Made by a program: the position numbers and the translations under genes. This document shows, piece after piece, positions 13,195 through 64,000 of a DNA stretch of 64,000 bases; the first letter of the stretch is position 1; each line of letters starts with the position of its first letter. Below the pieces are notes generated by a model. The model did not search any database. It saw only the letters and a program-made list of their open reading frames with translations, and was not told where the DNA came from. This stretch comes from Hormiphora californensis (taxonomy: Eukaryota > Animalia > Ctenophora), in assembly GCA_020137815.1 (NCBI GenBank), contig CM035351.1:868001-932000 (forward strand). Reading direction: 5' to 3'.

Positions 13195-14535
13195 CTAAAG
13201 TCGTGGAGTTATCAGATCAAGCAATATAGCAGTCTCTATAGTGTGGGGGCATGTAACACGGTCGCTGCAGTGGGATATATGTGTGAATGGCGAATAACTA
13301 ACATAACCTGTTGCTCAACAAAACATAACTTGTTACTCAACAAGACATAACTTGTTACTCAACAAGACGAAACGGTATAGCAGTAGGTGAGATCGGTCGA
13401 GGGACCCTTTAAGAGACCCTTTTAGCCTTTAGGGACCCTAGAAAGTTAACTGTTAAGGGTCCCTGAAAGGGTCCCTTAACCGGTCGGGCCCTTTCTTTTT
13501 AATGAACGAAGGAGTCCGAAGTGATCATGTGAGATAAATCGTGATATAACAAACAGAATTCGACGAAATAACAAGTACCAGAATGGAGAATTCTGTGAGT
13601 CTTGAAGGGCGACAACTTTAAGTTGGATAACCGGTTTGTCGGGGGTGAGATAAGAAAATAAATGCAGTATTTAAGTATACACCTGCACCAATAATTTATG
13701 CGTCATAAATATCATACCTGTGACGCAGTGACTCAGTGAGTTGTCGTCACTCCCACTGTCCTCTACTAAACGTTATAGAACGTTTAAATAATGGACCCCC
13801 CCCCCCATAATGGGTGAGGCTATGACGAGGTTTGCAGATTGTCACGAACCATGTATGACAGATAAGAACCGATAGAACCAACCCATTTAGTTGCCATTAG
13901 ACTGTACGTTTGAATAATGAACGCCTTTCGCCTGGTGTGGGGACGGAACGGAAGTGTATTATAGATCCTCTCGATATATTGATACCTCTGATTAAGGGGG
14001 CCGGATCATAAAATATGGTAACGTTAAACCTTATACGAAATACTATATCTATCTGATAAAGGGTGTAGCGTTGTTCGTGCCCTTTCTCCTGCTCAGTTTT
14101 GTCTTGGCCGAGAAACCCTATAATAATTCATAAAGCTGTCAACAACGAAACAAGGAAAAATAACCATGAAAGCATTATATGTTAAGAAACATGTGTTCAA
14201 TAAATCGTATGATGATAAAGTAGTCTGATTGTCTGAAGGAATTGTGGTCTGTTCCGATTCTGTTATGGATAATTATACCTCTTCTTTATAACTCTAACTT
14301 CATTAATTAGCTACTTCATAGTTCATAGTTACTTCATCAACTAATTGCTTCATAATTACTTCATAATTACGTCTCTTCAGTCTTCCTACTTGATCTTCAT
14401 CCAATTATATAGGCTGATCTTGTGATTCACAATACGGACAATGAGTAGCTTGCAAATCATTACAAATCTGTCACAATGCTTTGACACTTACAATGCTTTA
14501 TGACTCTGATTTATAGTGTTCCTCAAAACGTTTAA

Positions 14536-15344
14536 CCCTTTGGGGACGATAAGCCCCCTGTCGACAGAATTCTCTAAAACTTTCTGGAGACACTCACTTT
14601 GAACCTACTTGAACGCAGGAAAAGGAATTTTGGTTCTACCACCTGTATTTCTATTGGGTCACCTGTGACCCAATCGTCCCCTAACGCTAAAATAGGAATT
14701 GAGATTTTGCCGCTATTCTGCACAGTTTACACACCCTATGGGCCTCTCTATCTCATCTGTAGCCGATTTTAGAATTTTAAAATTGGCCGAGATGAAAAAT
14801 TTTCTGAAGGAGCACGGATCTCAACAATTTTTTCATCGACTCCCTAAGATGTTGAGATAACAATGATGGATTCGGTTAGTCGCTAGCACCTGTTTAAAAA
14901 ATGCCGTTTTAGACGTTTATCGGGGGCCATTCCTTTAGAAATGCTCGTAAAATGCAAATTCCTGTTTTAGCGTTAGGGGACGATTGGGTCACAGGTGACC
15001 CAGCACTTTGAAGGCCTCTGAGAGGCACGAAATTTGGAATATCACCCTGAAACTTTACCCCGGGGTAAAATACACACTTTTCTTGCATTTTCCAAGTCCA
15101 TTTTAAGTATACTCGTACCAATTTTGAGATATGGCCATTAAACTACCCATTTTGCCTACCAAATGCACTGTTTTAGCCCTGTTTTCCAAAGTCGACAACT
15201 TCAGAGGCTCAAAACGACCTCAAAATGCTAGAAAAATGTATGGTTCAACCCTGGAAACAATTTAAAACTTTCAAATATGGTCTAGAAAGACGCTATATGG
15301 GTTCAAAGTTGTGGGTCACCTGTGACCCAATCGTCTCCAAAGGG
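14536..15344. mobile_element. piggyBac-type MITE
   Basis: TTAA|CCCTTTGGGGACGAT...ATCGTCTCCAAAGGG|TTAA (14/15 TIR match). Internal repeats contain the palindrome GGGTCACCTGTGACCC at ~14656, ~14986 and ~15313. Confidence 0.88.
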
Positions 15345-18016
15345 TTAAATTCGTGACTGCATTGTTTGCAGTAGTCTAGGTAATTTGATATTAATTGATT
15401 TTCCGCATTCTGGGCTTTTTGTTAACAATCCACTGTCCTAAAAAAAGGTTATGTTACGGGTGAAGGTTAGGTTACAGATGGGTCATGAGGGCTAAGAATT
15501 GGGAATTTTGGCACCTTTGGCCCCGGTGTTCTTTACTTTAGGACCTTGATAAAAATCCAGTGATATGTTTCCCACAGAGAGATGCCCGCATTTGTAAAAT
15601 CTTCACACTTTTGTCCTGTAGCTATTCGATCAGAGGTAGCTCTATACTGCGTTACAGTAAGAACAGTATGAACAGTATGAACAATACCAGCTAGCTCGGC
15701 CTATATTCATCCTTCAGAAGGAGGAATATAAGGAGCTAGCTGGAGAAGGAGTCCTTTGATTAGATGTAGTACTCCGTGTAGCAGTATACCTGCCATGATT
15801 GCTTTAAAATTGGCCCTTTGTTTGGACAATTAGAGACACACTTTATCCTGACACACATGCCTAATGTCCAGTACATGTGCCCAATGTCCTGCAGTACATG
15901 TGCTTCCAAGAATATGAAGAATTGTTTTTCTTGTTCTGCAAATGTTGACACATGTCTCATTAGGTGGCTTCTATCAGATCATGTGGATATTTGTCTCAGA
16001 TGTCAAATATTTTTGGGTTGTATAAATAATAGGGTAGCGTGTCATTTTTCCGTCTTATTTGCATTAGTTATAGTTAGATAATTAGCCGGGCCTGCTAGAT
16101 AAACAAATGGAAGACCCTTAGATAAATGAGAAAAATTTAAAACTTGCAATTTGTCTGTTTAATCGTTTTTAGAGCTGTGTGCCATTTAAACTTAAAATCA
16201 TTAAACTAAGAATCGCGGAGAAATTGTGTGTCCTGATTATCATTTTCAACACCTTATCAGATAACATTCTAATGCACATACTATAATTATCGTGATTATA
16301 TAAACGACAGATTCATTTCCTTCTTCTACTATTCACACAGTACTTCTCTCATTCACACAGTACTTACTAACTAGCTCTAACTCTTCTTTCCTTTTTAGGA
16401 CCATTTACAATTTGCTAGTTACCATCATCTCTCTCTCACAACCTTTTCATTTCCACCTGAGCTGTATTTTATAGCGATCTGTCTGTTTAGTACAGCTGTC
16501 CACTCCTCTTTTTGTACTCAATAAAATGACCAATACAAACCCTGCTTTTGTATTCAAATTTTGAAACTACTTTTGCATTCAACACTGAAGTTATACAGAT
16601 TGTAGATTGTACAGTAGTCGGTAGCGGTATAATCACTACTTCAATCAAATACATTTCCAGCTGCTTTACAGTATAGTGTTCCATTTACAGCTTGTTCATA
16701 TACTACTGCATTCTTAGTTCTTCAAGCAGAGAGCCGTGAGGTCGCACGAGGCAGTCTAGCTGTCATATGGTTAATCTCAATTTTACGTATTGGCAATTAC
16801 GACAAGTACCAGTTACATGGGCACTTTTACAAATCACACTCGTGTCTTCGCACGGCCATGTTGCTATATCATATGTATATTGCTTTAAACTCTCTCTCTT
16901 GCCTTTCTTGAGTACCTAATTTTGCAAGACAACTCAAAAAGCATATATGCATAGCCTAAGTAGGGTGTTGAATTTTGAGATTTGTATACCTTAGGCTAAA
17001 ACTCATTTTATTTTAAAGCTTGATGCCTGCACAGACCCCCCATGTTTTATACGCTTATGATACATATTATATGCTTATGATACATATTATATTACGAACG
17101 ACACTCTGTTTGTTGATTACCTACAACTATGGCTCATGCAACTATGGCTCATAGAATCTATGAGCCATAGATGCATGCAACTATCATGGCTCATTATAGA
17201 TTCTATGAGCCATAGTTGCATGAGCCATATAGTTGTAGGTCACTCTGTTTGTTGTCAAATCTGGTGGGACTTGTCACCCCCCCCCCCCATGTCCTCTAAA
17301 CATTGTTATTTTAGCAAGGACAACATGTCTTGCTTCTCCAGCAAAGCGGGCCAGCTACCAAAGAATGCCAAAACAAGGAGAGCTAAGAGCTTTAATCTCT
17401 ACAAAATGTACAAGGGCTACAGATACATGTATGTATATAATGTATAATGTACATGTATGTATAGCTAATCAACAGTGCCTATTTCTTTAACGCCATGAAA
17501 TAAGTTTTGCTTGCGTATTTTTACTTTTTTTCCAGCACATATTTTATTTGATGTGTACGAGCAGTCATAAAGATGGATTTTTTGAATTTTTCACCCCCAC
17601 ATGTCACGTGCATGTGATATTTATCAATTTTGACGTCCACATACGTTATAGACTTGGTTTACTAACAGCAGTTCCACTACTTCCTGGTGCAGAGAAGAGG
17701 GGTTACTAATTTTAGGACAACAACCAGTCTGTATCTTGAGGGATTCGATAGGATTCGTATAGAACGGAATCTTGGATTAGTTTCATAAAAATGTTCCAAA
17801 ATGAACTCCAAGAGAATTATTTCTGCGTCGACGGATCCATAATGTTCGAATCATTCTTGACGTGTTTCTGCGGGGGTTCTGATGATATCCTACTATGATG
17901 TCTGGTGGAGTACCTATACCGGAGCTACTCCAGGGAGACTTTTTCTGCTCTAGCTCTCGAGCTGATTGTACACAGTTCTATAGTTAACTTTAGCTTGGTG
18001 TTTGTATTGTCAAGTC

Positions 18017-61544
<43,528 letters not shown>

Positions 61545-61942
61545 TCATTGGAAATAGGTTATATAGCGTGATATTCTGATTGTTTTCATCTCTAGAACTT
61601 GACTTGTAGTAGAACTAGAAGTAGAGAGTATGAAGTTGAACTTTATCTCTGAGTCTGGCAATTTCCAACTTTAAAGGAACTTTATAGTCGTATTTCACCT
61701 GTCAGAGCATTGGCCTGACCCTATTCTCGCGAACTGTGGTCAGAGCATTGGCCTGACAGTATTTCACTTTGTTAATCCCCCTTACTCAACAAATTTCACT
61801 GCTTTATGATGACTAGTCATAGTCATGACTATGCTTTAGTTTGTTAGATAATAGATTTACTGATTATTATTAACAATTAATATTGTCCGCAATTCTTAAA
61901 GTTAATTGACATGACAAATGCAAATACAATCTTTTATTAATA

Positions 61943-62672
61943 ACGGGTGACAACTAAAAATCTGGACAATTTTCTGTGAGCTCTAGCACCGGCCCCGCTT
62001 GAGATACATTTTGAATCAGAATAACACAACGTAAAAAAAATAAAAAGTTCATTTTCATTGCGTTATCGCAACATTTCCTCTTGACCCACCAAAGCATGTG
62101 TACGGAGATTTGAGATTTCTGTGTGATCAGAAACGACCTTCCTGATGACATAAAATTCTCAAATTTGAAATAATGGTTGTTCATGCCATAACCAACATAA
62201 CTGCCAAGTTTCAACATTTTAGCTTATTGGGAAGTTGGTTTTCCACGTCATAAATGTTTCGAGAGATCGTCAAAATGGCGATTTCTCAAATTACCTGTAA
62301 ACTACGCTTTTAAGGGTTTGTTACAGATGATTCTGTGATTAGAATTGAGATTATCGGAGTGTGAAATAAAGTTAATTTCGTTCAAAATCGTCTGAAAAAT
62401 CATTCTATCGCTGCCCCGAAGCTGTATCTCAAAAAGAACAGGCGCTAGAGGTGCTAGAAAAGTGTGTAAATTTCAAGTACTACATGCTTTGGTGGGTCAA
62501 GAGGAAATGATGCGATATCGCAATGAAAATGAACTTTTTAGTTTTTCCCGTTGTGTTATTCTGATTCAAAATTGTCTGAAAAATCGTTCTATCACTGGCC
62601 TGAAGCTGTATCTCAAGCGGGGCCGGCGCTAGAGCTCACAGAAAATTGTCCAGATTTTTAGTTGTCACCCGT
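61943..62672. mobile_element. TA-flanked TIR MITE downstream of LOX
   Basis: TA|ACGGGTGACAACTAAAAATCTGGACAATTTTCTGTGAGCTCTAGC...GCTAGAGCTCACAGAAAATTGTCCAGATTTTTAGTTGTCACCCGT|TA; arms extend ~160 bp with an internal indel. Confidence 0.85.
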
Positions 62673-62911
62673 TAGCATTAATTACTAATTAGTAATACTA
62701 TTAAATATTATTAACCTAACATAAAATTAAAGGAGTGTTTAACTTTGAATTGCCACCTAATGCCGGTTTTAATGGTTACCTAAATTATGGCCGGTGCGGG
62801 GTGCAGGTGTACTACTCTGACTGTGAGTACCGTGATGCAACCTAGTCCTACTGCTGAGTTGCCAAACTGCAGAGTGATCTCCACTTCTTTCGGCACACGC
62901 TGGATAATTCA

Positions 62912-63346
62912 TACTATACTGCCAAGAGATTAGGCGCGTGCGCGCACGGTCCATTCCAAATATTTTCAAAGTATTTTTTGTTGCTCAGCTCCAAAGTTTT
63001 ATTTTAAAAGTTTCTTTTGATCGATTTGTGCCCGTCTTTAAAGCTTTCTCGGTTATTTTCCCGGTCTGTGTCTTGTAAACCCGCGTTCCATCAAATCCAA
63101 AATGTCCTTGAAATATCCTTCAAACCCATGCCCCTCACCACTGAGCTTTCGAACTTTTTCTCAATCGGCTGAGTCTGACAAATGACAAGGACCGATGCAG
63201 TGGCTTCACTCTTCAGGCATGGCTTCAGCCTTCAGTTCACAATTGATTTAAGAACCTTAACAAATCTTCAGCATTTACCCTAAAATCAACTGCTAAGCTT
63301 TTTAAAGGTTCGAAATGTTCGACCAAATCCGTGTTTTGACCTGTCT
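62912..63346 (-). CDS. Possible terminal exon of an unidentified gene (heavily frameshifted)
   Basis: After a TTTCAG acceptor, removing a few homopolymer bases gives a protein-like helical reading (TDLVEHFEPLKSLAVDFRVNAEDLLRFLNQ..). No family recognised with confidence. Confidence 0.3.
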
Positions 63347-64000
63347 GAAATGACCTCTCACGCCCAGGGCGTGTCTCCACACCTTCCTAGAAACTCGATA
63401 ACTGTGGATATTCTGTGTACTGTATTGTTTATTACAAAATAGCGGATCAATATCTCACAAAAGAATATTCTAATTAATTATCTATATTCCAATCCTGTTA
63501 ATTTGTTGTGACATTCGTTTGGTATTCCTAGGTCAAAACAATTCCACTACCAATACATACGTGGCCTATTCTATAGCTCGCATATGCTTATCCCCTTTGT
63601 TCACATATGTGCATTGTGTGTGTGTGTGTGGCTTCATACGCATACGAACACGCCGCCATAGAGTGAAACTATTCAAATTCTTCTGTTCTACATTACTACC
63701 ATGCACACCTGTCAGTTCCTCCCATTTTCTCGAAATTCTTCTAATATTTATTGAAGCATTTCGGACGTGACTGGTCTGAGGTCTCTAACCGTTTATACCA
63801 AATTAAGTATAAATATGTTTGTTGAAGCCCTCTTTTACTGCTCAGTGATCGCAACTGGGAATGTTGAAAAGGGTTAAATTTTAAAAACCCGCTTTTCAAA
63901 AAATTGGCAAAAAACCCATAAACTTTTTTAGCCCTTCGCGGGATCCCTTTGATATTTTTTTTTAAAAGGGATTAAAATTTTTTTTTTTCCCTTTTTTCAC

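Noticed and set aside
15720-16720. Possible decayed coding fragments on the minus strand
   Set aside because: Multiple stops and no recognisable family; cannot support a call.

Overview
Eukaryotic, intron-rich animal DNA, most likely a ctenophore (Pleurobrachia-like). This is an inference from the iGluR features, a recurrent CAGGAACCGACCGA MITE and the nested-gene layout. From the left: a 14-exon ionotropic glutamate receptor gene on the minus strand (ATG 6821, running off the left edge) and an intronless UDP-glucuronosyltransferase (11545-13194, minus). Next is a 14-exon lipoxygenase on the plus strand, which I assembled by hand from 18017 to 61544 (787 aa, every junction GT-AG and in phase). 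Its introns host other genes. The 22.8-kb intron 8 holds two paralogous intronless rhodopsin-class GPCRs and a stand-alone LINE ORF1-like gene. Intron 10 holds an antisense ankyrin-repeat TRP channel whose coding sequence is interrupted by a 1.9-kb TIR element with an 8-bp target-site duplication. The window is rich in non-autonomous foldback/MITE DNA transposons, minisatellites and (CT)n/(GA)n tracts. It also shows a recurring pattern of short tandem duplications spanning exon-intron junctions. Assembly quality is uneven: homopolymer-inflated stretches (~19.8-23.8 kb, ~37.6-41.5 kb, right edge), a probable haplotype overlap around the N gap, and many +1 frameshifts that are probably sequencing errors.
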